63,523 bases of DNA, filler included, from Octopus bimaculoides (GCF_001194135.2; 9 parts of 9 records of this genome joined end to end with filler, not necessarily neighbours in it), one strand, 5' to 3'; shown: positions 36,636-50,017, numbered from the whole stretch's first letter. A program made the numbers and translations. Notes: generated by a model not told the origin, from the sequence alone.

Positions 36636-37544
36636 GCTACATGTTATATTTCATGCAGATAATATTAATTTCTTAAAGGGCCATGAAATTGTGAATTCTT
36701 GTGAGAAGGTGGAAAATGAGATTGTTAAGAGTAGTAACATCCTGCATGAAATATATTGGTTACGTGGAATCAAAATTGGTCTATATGTACCAATTTAATC
36801 CAAAGATTAACTCTGCTCTTTAGCATATAAAACCAATTCATAAGGAAACAAGATGGTTTTTGTCTGCAAAAATTATTCAGTTAAACTTGTATACCGCAGG
36901 GAGGCAAGAGTTTTCCTATTTAGGGGGGAAAAACACAAATACAGAAAAAAATACTTTTCCTCTCTCTCTGATAATAAGCTTTATCTGAACCCCCCAGGAT
37001 TCTTTTCTACCTATAGCATACAAACTTACCCAAATATATATACTGTATATATATTTGGGTAAGTTACATCATGGAAGGCAGGCATTAAAAAATGAGGTAC
37101 CCTGTAGTGATAACTATCACAAACTAATGTTTATGTTTGTGAAAAAAAAAAAAAGAAAAAGGGTGGTGGGTGTGAAATTTGGTCCTAATTACAGAAACGA
37201 ACAGGAAGATTTATTTTTCTGCTCAGAAATAACAGATCTGTGAAGTATAAATATAGAATTCTAAAAACGTAAGTAACTTTGACTAACTTCAAATGTCTTT
37301 GGGATAAATTTCTTAAACAGCATTCTGCTGTAAGAAGACCAATATTTTATGTTTAAAATCATTTTGTTTAATTAGCTGACTTAAGCTTGAAGCAATTAAC
37401 TATTTCATACCTATCTCATTTATATTCTTCACAGCTTCACAAGAAAGAAGATTCCATTATCAGAAATTTAATTGAGTCAGATGATGATAATAATAATAAT
37501 AATATTAATAATAATAATAACAATAATAATCCTTTCTACTAAAG

Positions 37545-37742
37545 GCACAGGGCCTGAAATTTTTGGGGAGAGAACTAATTGATTACATCAACCCCAGCAT
37601 TTCACTGATACTTAATTTATCAACCCCAAAAGGATGAAAGGCAAAGTTGGCCTCAGTGGAATTTGAACTCAGAACGTAAAGACAGACGAAATGCCACAAA
37701 GCATCTCACACAGCATGCTAACAATTCTGTCAGTTCACTGCC

Positions 37743-37745
<3 letters not shown>
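37545..37745 (-). mobile_element. SINE family C
   Basis: Homologous to 36410-36635 and embedded in (TAA)n. Confidence 0.75.
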
Positions 37746-37806
<61 letters not shown>

Positions 37807-39482
37807 TAATAATAATAAAGCATGAGTGAATATGGTATTTTCTGAAATAGGAATTGTGGTTGAGAGAGAGAGAGAGGGAGAGAGAGATAGAGAGAAGCTA
37901 ATGACTAGAGAAAATAAGTTACAACAGCGCCCCCACCAAAAAAAAAACAAAAAACTAGAGGTCTTGGAATTATAATACAAGAAAGACTAGAGATAAAAAC
38001 AAGATGTAATAGGCAGATGGAGTGAAAATAATTTTCATCAAGTCGCATATAGCTTCTCTCCATAACAAAAAACAACATCCCTAACATTTTAATCTGTATT
38101 TTGAATTTGTTTCTGCTTTCCTTTTGGTAGATGGTTCGGAATTAGTTTTTCTAAGACAGAAATCAAATGATAAAAATTACAGAAGCAGAGCAGATTATGT
38201 TGTTGTTGTTGTTGTTATTGTTGCTAAGCCCCAAATCAGCCCTGAACAAACAGACCAATGACCAAAGGCATTCTAGTCATGATCATCCCTAAGGCTACAT
38301 TATCCCATGTGTCCTTTCCTTATTAGTAAATTAGCTTCTATTTCCAAGCAGGTTGGACAATTATGTGGAATTTCCATCACTGGCTTGAACTAAATGTGTT
38401 CTTTGTTTGGCAGAGAAATAGAGATGGTCAAGAAAGCAACAGAATAATCAGAGATAATGTACCTAATGAGAGTAGGAATTGTTGATAGAGAAGATAATTT
38501 CATTTTATAGAATTCTATGCAATAATTTTGAGGTAAGTATATCTAAATATGTAACCAAAACTGTCGACAATTTGTTTTTAATCAATCTGAGACAATAGCC
38601 TTTAGTTACACTTAAACATCATTTATGCTCTAAAGCCCACCCCTCACTCTCAGCAGTCCTCATCCATTGCGATCACCTCCTTAACGTTTCTCTGATACCA
38701 TCTTCAAACTAACATTCATTCGTCATTCCTCTCCCTGAACTGAAACTTGCATTGATTTCCACTGTGATGACAATATAGGAAGAGTAATTATAATTTTAAA
38801 GAAAGGAAAGAAATATTTTGCATGTATATCAAAAGGAAAAAATTAAAGTACTTTAAAGTACTTTCCCATTTCACAGTTTTATAATTTTTAATTTTGCTTA
38901 GTAATGTTTAAAAGTCATTAAACATTTATTAAAGTCATTTTATTATCTATTTATTTTCATCTTCCTTATAAATGTTTTAAAATCTATTTCACTAATTTCT
39001 TTTCATTTCCTTTTCTTATTTTACTATTTATAATTTCCAAACTTTCTTTAAAAGTTTGAAAAATATCACTGGAAAATGTAGTTGATGAGATAATGTATAT
39101 ATATATATATATATATATTTTGAAACAAACTTAGAGAAAACTGCCTTCCAGAGGCTGGTGTTTCTCCAGATGTTTATAAAAGGCATTGATATCACATTTA
39201 TTCTATTGATTGTATAAAACTGGTTTAAACAGAAAAAATGCAATTGTCAGTTAATCAAAACTTATTCTATTTCTTACTCGGCATATTACTTAAAATAACA
39301 AAACTAGAACACATTAGTCAGTAGAAGTAGAAAAGCACCAGGCTAGATACTTCATGCTACTTTGTATGGAGTGCTTTATATTNNNNNNNNNNNNNNNNNN
39401 NNNNNNNNNNNNNNNNNNNNNNNNNNTTAATTAATTAANNNNNNNNNNNNNNNNNNNNNNNNNNNNNNNNNNNNNNNNNNNN

Positions 39483-39522
<40 letters not shown>

Positions 39523-39722
39523 GTACCTGTGTGTGTACATACATACATATAATTGCAATGCTCGAAACACCTGGCTGTTGATGACTTTATACCTTCTGCC
39601 GGTGAAAATAACATTCTTTATAAACTCATGTTACATTCTGATTATTCTGTCCGATCTACTAAACCACTACAACTAGAGACAGACAGACAGACTGATAGAT
39701 AACTAGATAGATAGATAGATAT

Positions 39723-39799
<77 letters not shown>

Positions 39800-40160
39800 C
39801 AGGCGCATGCATACTATGTTCCTACATACAACCCTTTTTAAATATATGCATTTCCTAATTGGACATATACATAAATTAAAATCGTGTAGCCTATCTTAGA
39901 CACCTGAATGAGATAAATTTAAGCTAAATTCGCTGTAATGACTCGGAGAACTGGTGATTGGTTCTAGCTTCTATATTTTGAAGAAAGACAAATCAACTTA
40001 TAAAGGATGTGAGTTTAATTAGGGAAAACTTTAAACGTATTGTCAGGGAAGGCAATACTTGCCAATATTACTGGACGCTGGTTGTTCAAAAACGTACGCC
40101 TGGTTGTAGACATATTCCTCACTAAGATAGATGGGACCATGGATGCATCTCAGTCCAGGT

Positions 40161-40550
40161 GTTGTGTGTTGGAACTCCGTCGCTTACGACGTCGAGGGTT
40201 CCAGTTGATCCGATCAACGGAACAGCCTGCTCGTGAAATTAACGTGCCAATGGCTGAGCACTCCACAGATACGTGTACCCTTAACGTAGTTCTCGGGCAT
40301 GTTCAGCGTGACATAGAGTGTGACAAGGCTGACCCTTTGAATTACAGGCACAACAGGAACAGGAAGTAAGGGTGAGAGAAAGTTGTGGTGAAAGAGTACA
40401 GCAGGGTTCGCCACCATCCCCTGCCGGAGCCTCGTGGAGCTTTAGGTGTTTTCGCTCAATAAATACTCACAACACCCGGTCTGGGAATCGAAACCACGAT
40501 CCTATGACCGCGAGTCCGCTGCCCTAACCACTGGGCCATTACGCCTCCAC
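40161..40550 (-). mobile_element. SINE family B, full length
   Basis: A/B boxes present. TSD ctcagtcc(a/t)ggt at 40149-40160 and 40551-40562. Confidence 0.9.
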
Positions 40551-41344
40551 CTCAGTCCTGGTAATAAGAAACCATCAACTGGTCCCAAACACAGATTGTT
40601 GCCTGAGACCCTAGTAACCTTATTATACGTGTGCTATTCCAGTAAAATACGAGTGAGGACAGTTTACCTTTACTGATAACCAGCGTTTATTTATTTATTG
40701 ATTCTTCGAATGCATGATAAATCCACTAGCTGGTTATTTGCCACGATAGAAATAGATGATAGCAGGCTCTACAGTCTTCATTGAGTGAGGGAAGTATTGA
40801 CATCGTTGCACACTCTGAATTATTTGTGACCGTAAGCGCTTTTTATCTTCATCTGCCTTCTACGCAATACCACACATATTCCCACGACTATGTAAAGCCT
40901 ATCTGGTTTATGCATAATATCGCATATTGTGCGATATTATACTTGTTTCAGTATACATATTTCATCACCGCATCACAAACATTCCAGCTCATGGAAATGG
41001 TAATTTATAAATAATTCAGAATTCAAACGTTTTTAAAACTTTGCAAACACAAATCTGTCTTCCAGGTGTAAAATGCTTGGATGGTCACAAGTGGAATGAC
41101 TTCCAGCATTCAATTTCTCGAAGAGAAAAAGCACACTTATGTATGTCAATTCTACTTGATTGCTCAATAATGCTTCATTCGGGTACTGAAAATTCATTAA
41201 TTCGGTGCAAATGTTGGAGAAAATCGTAAAACAATTAACTCACGCAAGTCTCATTAACAGCGTCTACTTGAGTTTTGGAATACAAAACTTGTGTTTCTAT
41301 AATGATAAGCAGCAGCTGAGCCCGGCTTTCTGCGGTCTCATTAA

Positions 41345-41568
41345 TATACTCTTTTACCCTTTTACTTGTTTCAGTCATTTGACTGCGGCCATGCTGGAGC
41401 ACCGCCTTTTTTAGTCGAGCAAATCGACCCATTCGACTTATTCTTTGGAAGCCTAGTACTTATTCTATCGGTCTCTTTTGCTGAACCGCTAAGTTACGGG
41501 GACGTAAACACACCAGCATCGGTTGTCAAGCGATGTTGGGAGACAAACACAGACACACAAACATATAC

Positions 41569-41599
<31 letters not shown>

Positions 41600-41792
41600 N
41601 NNNNNNNNNNNNNNNNNNNNNNNNNNNNNNNNNNNNNNNNNNNNNNNNNNNNNNNNNNNNNNNNNNNNNNNNNNNNNNNNNNNNNNNNNNNNNNNNNNNN
41701 NNNNNNNNNNNNNNNNNNNNNNNNNNNNNNNNNNNNNNNNNNNNNNNNNNNNNNNNNNNNNNNNNNNNNNNNNNNNNNNNNNNNNNNNNNNN

Positions 41793-41823
<31 letters not shown>

Positions 41824-41990
41824 TACGACGGGCTTCTTTCAGTTTCCGTCTACCAAATCCACTCGCAAGGCTTTGGTCGGCCCGAGGCTATAGTAGAAGA
41901 CACTAGTCTAAGGTGCCACGCAGTGGGACTGAACCCGGAACCATGTGGTTGGTGAGCAAGCTACTTACCACACAGCCACTCCTGCACCTA
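41345..41990 (-). mobile_element. SINE family A, full length (central microsatellite gapped)
   Basis: Both halves are homologous to 12438-12848. Confidence 0.9.
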
Positions 41991-42720
41991 TACACATACT
42001 TTTCTCACTATATTTTACGTAAATCCCTTAAAGTATTTCGAAAACCTTCAGTAAATTCGCCAATGTCGATACTGTAAGAATTACTTCCTATGAGAAATTC
42101 AGGCAAATTCAGGCTAAAATATAATCTTTAATTTCCTGGGAAAATGTTCTATCAAAACTAAGGTACTAATTTTCATATTTGATCTACATGAATTATTTTT
42201 ATAATCAGTGTTCCCTTTGGCTATTCAGGCATGCAATACTATTAGTTACCCCGTTAGTTTCTAAAATGCCTTAAAAGAATAACTTACAGGCAAAAGTCAC
42301 AGATCTTATGACATTGTAGCTGAAAAGATCTGTCATTATGCAAAATTTCAGCCACTTTGGAAAACTGTGGCCAACAACATTGAACACACACATATATATA
42401 TATACATTCATTTTATATATTAAGATATGGCATAGTGATAATCAAAACTGATTAATGACATTAAGTATTAGCGAAAATGTCTTTGAGGTACTAAAATTTT
42501 GGTGTGGAGCCATTTTAGAAGAGATCAATAGTCTGTTGAAGTATTCTTTATGATTCTATTTACTCTATTTGGTTCAGATTATCAATAACTTGAATCGATA
42601 TATTTATCTCATAACCAAACTAACTATTTACTAAACGACATCAGTGAATCTATTCATATGACTCATATGTTACTCTATCTATATGCATACTGTTATACAT
42701 ACGTGCATACGTACATAAAC

Positions 42721-42778
<58 letters not shown>

Positions 42779-42839
42779 ATGTATGTATATGTATATGGGT
42801 AGATAGATAGATAGATAGATATGTATGTATGTATGCATG

Positions 42840-42914
<75 letters not shown>

Positions 42915-43590
42915 TATATAAGTAGAGGAGGTGACCAACTGTGTAAACAACATGAAGTACGAAAGCAAACGAGTTAAATACGCAAACAATGAGAGAGAAA
43001 AGTGTAAAATAAGACAAGTAACAAAAATAACGACCCTTCATCAGTTGTCGGCTGTCTATCTGCTCCTCATTTTGAGTATTCAACGACAATATGAGTCTTC
43101 AAAGACAGTTGCTCCCATAAATTCCAAAATGTAATTTTGGATTTATGGAGGGTCAAAGTTTGGAACAAATGCAGGACAGTGGAGACATACAAGGAAACTG
43201 AAAGAAAACAAATACGGAGGGTCGTTAGACCAGAACGAGAGGAAAATAGTGAACGCTGGGAAAAATGTTTTGTTTGAAAAGAGAAAAGATTGAAGAGAGA
43301 GTTAGAAGACGTCCAGTCCTTAGAACGTCGTGCAGGAAAAGAAAGATGGTCACGTGAGGAAAAGAAAGATGGTCACGTGAGGAAAAGAAAGATGGTCACG
43401 TGAGGAAAAGAAAGATGGTCACGTGAGGAAAAGAAAGGTGGATTATGGTCACGTGTGAGCAACGAGAGAGAAAAAGAGAAAAGGGAGAGAGAGAGAGAAA
43501 AAAAATAGAAAACAGTGAAGTGGAGGATACGGGAATTAGAGATGGATGGGGAGAAAACAGTTTAGACTAGAGTCTTAATCCGTTCTAGTA
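42915..43590 (-). mobile_element. Unclassified repeat (pyrimidine-rich sense strand, PLE pLTR-like) carrying permuted hammerhead copy B
   Basis: Flanked by (TA)n. Contains a 23-bp tandem array at 43335-43437, the hairpin ccataaattccaaaatgtaattttggatttatgg and the ribozyme-like motif. The family assignment is inference. Confidence 0.45.
43034..43108 (-). ncRNA. Non-circularly permuted hammerhead-like motif, copy B (G12 mutated to A)
   Basis: Minus strand reads CUCA-UA-UUGUCG...CUC-AAAA-UGAG...CGACAA-CUGAUGA-A-GGG. The extra helix is CUGUCU/AGACAG. Confidence 0.68.
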
Positions 43591-43940
43591 GTGGAAGATG
43601 AATGGAGGTATAACGTCACCATCAGTAGTGATCACTCCAAACACCATGATGCTATCTGGGTTTTTGATTTTTATCACTCTCAGTACATGTTTTGGGGACT
43701 CGGCTTTGCGACGGTTTTACTCTGTGTGTTCACCATTTGTTCGTATTGGAGCTTCAGGTGCGAATGCCAAGTAATACAGCATGTCGTTTCCAAATTTCTA
43801 GCAGAGCTAATTGCATCATGGTGCCGTTCTTCTCACAAACGGTGCCCAACTGACCCTACTGTACTGTGTAGTCGACAAAATCAAAGCATAAAGAAAGCGT
43901 GTGCGCAAAATTAAAAATATGAAATGGTGACAATTTAACC
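43590..43940 (-). mobile_element. Tc1/mariner-superfamily 5' fragment (same family as 14500-14962)
   Basis: Direct sequence similarity to 14570-14940. Confidence 0.6.
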
Positions 43941-43942
43941 TT

Positions 43943-43973
<31 letters not shown>

Positions 43974-44094
43974 TATATCAATGCGTACAAATAACACGGA
44001 AAAGATAAATAGTTACCAGGGTAGCAAAAAATTCACATAAGTACCAAGGATGTTACAGCCTATTTATAAAGGTAGAAACTCCAGTCTTTAGTGA

Positions 44095-45240
44095 AATGTT
44101 TTTGCATAACAAATAAAAAAAAATGAACTTAGACGCAGGTGATATTCAAATCTTTATACTTCCGACATATCTCTCGAAGAAAATTTTGGTATTATTCCAG
44201 AGGGTATAAATGATGTAAAACAATGCGATCTTCTCATTAGGGGGAAAAAGAAAAAGAAAACACATCAATAAGCCATTTTAACTGGATATGATGACTGCGT
44301 ATATGATGAAGGAAAAGCTGGCACGTTATTTAAAAAAAAACCTTTAATAGATTTAACGTAAAATGCAATTTAGAGAAAGAGGAGGAGAAAGAAAGAAATT
44401 AGAAGAAAACCAAGTGTGGCGAAATGTAGTGCGATAGATGAATGGGAAACATATATTTAGTGGAAATTGAATGTAAGAAGAGAATTAAAGGTCGAATTTT
44501 ATAGATTGGTAGAAATTACTTATAGGAACTAAAGGTATATTTTTGCCAATGTTTACAACGATAAACGCGTTCTTTAAACGTGTTTACAAGAGGATGGGAT
44601 AGAATTCTTCGTTACAGAGTGGACAAGAAGATTTACGTTTATCATATGTCTACATTTAGAGATATCGATAAACGCAACAATACTGGGCTTAGTAAATTAA
44701 TTTGGTCTCTGAAGGAACATAATAAACAATTTGATTTGGAATGGAATATTCTATCTAGGTCCTTTCCATATGATAATGGTATATCTTCTTGTCTGCTCTG
44801 TAACGAAGAACTCTATCTCATCCTGTTCTCAGAGAATTCTCTTGTAAACACGTTTGAAGAACGCGTTTATCGTTGCGAACATTGGCAAAAACATACCTTT
44901 AGTTCCTATAAGTAATTTCTACCAATCTATAAAATTCGACCTTTAACTGTTTTCTTACATTTCATTTCCACTGAATATATCTAATTCCACGCATTTAAAC
45001 TTTATTCCCATTCATCTATCGAACAACATTTCTCTACGCTTGGTTTTCTGCTATTTTCTTTCTTTCTCCTCCTTCTCTTTCTCTAAATTACATTTTACGT
45101 TAAATCTGTTAACGTTTTTTTTTTAATACTTGCCATCTTTCCCTTCATCATATACGCAGTCATCACATCCGGTGAAAATGCCTTATTGATGGGTTTTGTT
45201 TCTCATTTTTCTCCTGATGAGAAGATCGCATCACCTCAAC
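44095..45240. mobile_element. Penelope-like element with an inverted partial duplication (minus copy 44095-44635, plus copy 44636-45240)
   Basis: ORF 44580-44915 encodes the GIY-YIG C-terminus (NTGLSKLIWSLKE...WNIL...CLLCNEELYLI). The left arm is the reverse complement of 44785-45232 and extends further 3'. Confidence 0.88.
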
Positions 45241-45969
45241 CGAAGACTTCATTATATATATTGTTCCGTTAAATTAAGGGACCAGCCGTACCACAGTGTC
45301 TGTCTGAACCTGTTTGTAGCTTTCTCTCACCCAAAGTCTGCCTGCAAATGTCATTAACGAAACACATGATTATTTATACTCAGCCATTTACAAGCTAAAT
45401 CAATGAGCATCTTGTTTAATTAACCATAAAGTTGAATACACATCGTCGAAATCGATGGAGATTTATTTGTGTTCTATGTATGGATGTGTTTAAAGTCTCT
45501 CTTAATGCAATGTCAGGTCATTCTTAATGTTACTTGTAAGATGCAACCATTTACGGCATTAGATATGGCCGGGTTGTCGGTCACTAAACCGGCCACCGTA
45601 CCAAGCATGGTGCGTAAGGAGGGTTGCTTACGTCGAATATCACGCAGGATGGAAAACAAAACACGTCAAGGGACGATTGAACAACGTTGAGTGAACGGGT
45701 ATTTAAGAGGTGGGATTTACAGACCCTTAGTCTATAGTTCGACATCTCTCTAGTAGAAGGGAATTCTTAAATAAGACCAGCCTCGAAGCCAGTGATATCG
45801 CTCTTATTTCTGAACTACTTGGTCTATTAGGTAAGCTGTTATATACTTTAAATTCCAGCACGGGCATTGCTGACAACCATTAAATTTAACATCTAGGATA
45901 AGATAATTTGTCAATGATGGTCATGTAGTCTATCTATTGTTTTACTTGTACTATCATCCTTCTGTCTTT

Positions 45970-46117
45970 GCCTCTTTCTTAGACCAAGTGCACTATTATC
46001 TTTGTCTCACTCTCTTACTTAGACCAAGAGCACTATTATCTATCTGTCTTTCCCTCTTTTTTAAACCAAGAGCAGTATTAGTATTCTGTCTTTCCCTCTT
46101 TCTTAGACCAAGAGCAT
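45970..46117. repeat. ~44-bp minisatellite (ttagaccaagagcactattatc...), about 3.5 copies
   Basis: agaccaag recurs at about 44-nt intervals. Confidence 0.75.
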
Positions 46118-46905
46118 AGGCGCGAAACGTTCGACTATCTCCTCCTCATAGCAAAGGAATTTTAAAATACTTCTATGAACTTTTGTCTAGACTAACTATT
46201 ACTTACAGTGACCATCGTGCTTTTGCACCCGCTCCGAATTATCTCACTTTCCTTAACTTTTTATTAGAAGAGAGAAAATTTACGAATAGTTTACAATCAG
46301 CGTTTATATTTAGTTATCTATCTAATATATCTTTATGTATATCTGTAAGTCTGTTTGCATGAACGTTTGCCCATCTATGTAACATATTTGCGTAACTTAA
46401 GTAGATATGTATATATATATATAGGTATAAATGAAAGTATGTAACAAACTTTATCAATTTGCATATACTGTGTATTTAGTTATCTCTCTGTATATCTTCA
46501 CGTATATCTTTAAGTCTGTTAATATACACGTTTGTCTACCTTTGCAACAATTTTTCATGATGACGTAAATAGATATGTATATGGGTATGTGTGTTTGCGT
46601 TTGAAACTTCGTCGACGCATTATCTTATATCAGTGTCAATCGTTGTCCAGCTATCGATTAAATGATGAATCGATCAAAGCTAGCAACGGCAATGTCCTGT
46701 CATCTCTTTAATTTCTTTCTCATAAATTGGTGTATATGTAAGTCGATCTCTGCTTTGCGTATATCCTTCTCACTGTTTTATGAGTCTATTTTTCTCTTTA
46801 TCTTCTTCCATATATGTATCAATACACATATTAGCAGGCATACACATTCACAGACATATATTCATATGTGTATGTGTGCGAGAGTGTATTATATATTATT
46901 TATCA

Positions 46906-46940
<35 letters not shown>

Positions 46941-48204
46941 ACAGATAGATAGATAGATAGATAGATNNNNNNNNNNATTAACGTACACATATATCCATTG
47001 TTAAGTTCATGTACGCATTCATACATGCATATGTAATACATTCGTACATGCGTGCATACGCACATAAACAACTTCGTTATTCACTTTTTTATAGAGCAAA
47101 ATAACTTTTTTCTTTTGAAATATATTGTGAAACAAATAAATAATGACATGGCTAGTCTATTTTGTATGTATTCCATGCGATAATAATCCAATTATATATA
47201 CATTTTTCCAACTGTTAGATTTCGTCAGTTCAATTTCGAAATTTTATCTTAAAGGGAATTATAATTGCTTAGTTATAGAAATCACGTAAATCACAAACTT
47301 TATTTTTGTAGTGTTCACTTCGTAGAGATTTTATTTGTAGTTCAAAAAGGTATTATTTTACATATAGAAATCAGTTCAATCTAGAATGGAAGTGAATAAA
47401 TTGCGAAGAATATATTGTTAATTTATTTCTTATTCTACCTTTTCCTAAAAGGCACAGCAGTTTACCAATATATTGAATTCTTCTTACTATTACTGTTGTA
47501 AGGTTAATTTCCATAGTGAGAATTAACTCCATTCTTGTGAGCAAGCTAACTGCTTGTTTTCTAAGAAGGCTACAAGAAGTATTCGCCTGTAAATAAACTT
47601 CAGACTCACATCCGGGCTGAAATTTACAAACAACATCTTTTAATAACATCTTTTTGAACAAAACTGCCGAAATAAAAATTCTCAATCTATCTTGATTTCC
47701 ATAACTGTACAATTATAATTCTTTTGTTTTTAATTCTAAAAAACATTGCTCTGAAGATATCTAACAGATTGGAATACACAGACAAATAGAATATTAGAAC
47801 AATAAATAGATACTATATAGATTCACGATATCATTATTTGTTTCCTTTTTCATATTTATTTTCATAAAGAAATTAAATTATTATGAAAAATATATATTTT
47901 CTATGTCAAAGAAGTGAACAACATCTCCGGATGTATTGAATACAAGAATGTGATAGGAACAGACAAACAATTTCCATCGAAGTTCTTCATGAAGACGTTC
48001 TTAGATTTTTCTATCTCGATCCTTGACGTAAAGCTTCTTCTTTCTCCAAACGAGTAAACATCCAATAAGTATTTGTCCTAGAGAGACGCAGAAGTCCTTC
48101 AAAAGAAATCCAGGTTGCCTTCAAAGCCTGACTTTGCTATTAGAGAATGTGAAGTAGAATTTTTTTTTCATTTTCTTGAACTGATGCACCATATCAGTAA
48201 TAAT

Positions 48205-48370
48205 GATTTCAAATTTTGGCACAAGGCCAGCAATTTCGATGTAAGGGGTAAAGTCGATTACATAGACCCCAATATTTAACTGTTACTTGTTTTATCGAGC
48301 CCAAAAGGATGAAAGGCAAATCTGACCACGGCGCCCGGCGAACTAACGCTTCTGCCAGTTCGCCGTCTTC
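48205..48370 (-). mobile_element. SINE family C with an internal deletion
   Basis: Homologous to 36410-36635. Confidence 0.7.
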
Positions 48371-49522
48371 GGCATAACAGTAGTAGTGACAAACGTCCTA
48401 CGAAGTAATATATTTAATTTTCCACATCCTAATTAGTGTAGCTTTAATATATATTTCAACGTCTATAACATGGTGTGTGAGTTTCTTAATCAGTTTTAAT
48501 ATATATTTCAACGTCTATTGCATGGCGTGTAAGTTTCTTAATCAGTTTTACCAAGTTACAAATAATTCAGGCTACGAAGAAATGTGAAGAATGTTCTTAA
48601 CTTGAAGCTTTCGAGAATGGTGAGGACTTCCTGAAAGTTCTAGTGATTTTAAATATTCTTTTGCATAGGCGTCTACGTGACTTTCGTGCGATCATTGTCT
48701 CATAACAGTTGCCTTTGCCAGATACCCTCTGCACAAGTCGTCTGCTGGTGATTTTGGCAACATTGGTTTCTGGGGCTAATAATGCTCATTTGACAACCAC
48801 CTAGCAGTTTTTGGAGAAGTCCAGAAAGAGTATTACTTTCTGTTCATTAGTAGGTGATATTATCTTACTGAATGGCGCCATAGTATTAGTTCTTTGTGCA
48901 TCTGATCAGATGTTTACATTGTCCAGCTCCACTAAACTCCTTAAAGATTATAGTGTAAGGAGAGAAAGTGAGAGAGATAAGGAAATAAATAAAAATGAAA
49001 GAAAGGAAGAAAATGAAGGAAACAAAAGCGAGCAAGGTCCAAAATGACAGTGGTGGACACATTTAATTTTATACAGAAATAAACTTTGAAATAAACTGAA
49101 AACTAGAAGCAATTTAAATCTTTAACTTACCAAATGTTTAAGCGCAAACACTGAGAACTGTTCGTCTGCACACAAGATAAAAGCGATAAGATAAAATGTG
49201 ATAAAAATAATTATATTTTAATCATAAAACGAAAATAAATGACAACAAACGGACGATGTCTTCGCATTAGAAGTGGGTGCATATAAAGTAATTTAGTTAG
49301 TGGCCGGATTTATGAACAGTTCAAGGGCAAGGGTGATAATTCTATGAAGCAATACATTTAGCAATACTTAAGAATAATAAAGAATTAAATTCAAACACTG
49401 TGTTCTTGCATAATACAAAGTATATCTTATACAATTTTCACAAACGACTGTTGAATAAATATTGTAGAAATGATTATACATCTTCAATGTTTAAAGAGCT
49501 AGGAATTAAAAAGTCTGCATGA

Positions 49523-49553
<31 letters not shown>

Positions 49554-49764
49554 NNNNNNNNNNNNNNNNNNNNNNNNNNNNNNNNNNNNNNNNNNNNTTA
49601 ATTAATTAANNNNNNNNNNNNNNNNNNNNNNNNNNNNNNNNNNNNNNNNNNNNCCGCAGAAATCTCCAATTGTCTTCCACGTTGTATGATGCTATATCCC
49701 CTTCTATTTCGTTAAATGCTTCAAGTAACTTGTCTCTAAGTATATATATATATATATATATATA

Positions 49765-50017
49765 TATTCTTTATTCTTTTATTTGATTCAGTCATTTGAC
49801 TGCAGCCATGCTGGAGCACCGCCTTTAGTCAGACAAATCGATATCAGGACTTTGAAACCTTAGTACCTATTCTATTTGTCTCTTTTGCCAAACCACTAGG
49901 TTATGGGGATGTAAACACACCAGCATTGGTTGTCAAGCGATGTTGGTGGGGACAAACACAGGCACACAAACATATACAGACACATACATATATATATATA
50001 CATACATACATATATAT
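49765..50017 (-). mobile_element. SINE family A 3' half, split by RTE insertions (5' half resumes at 53863-54020)
   Basis: The tail and body run to the central (TA)n, where the RTE begins. The body resumes as atacaacaggcttctttcagtttc after the second RTE. Confidence 0.8.

Noticed and set aside
43335-46117. Short direct-repeat arrays (23 bp, ~44 bp, also 16, 18 and 21 bp elsewhere) as CRISPR candidates
   Set aside because: They are contiguous tandem units with no unique spacers and no cas genes, in a eukaryotic context.
46115-46140. GCGC-GAAAC-GTTC-GAC, a half hammerhead
   Set aside because: No CUGANGA partner with matching stems was found nearby.
48800-48880. Minus-strand peptide ...QKVILFLDFSK resembling the ALP KNVILFLGDG motif
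   Set aside because: It lacks the GDG ligand motif, is bounded by stops and has no matching splice sites.
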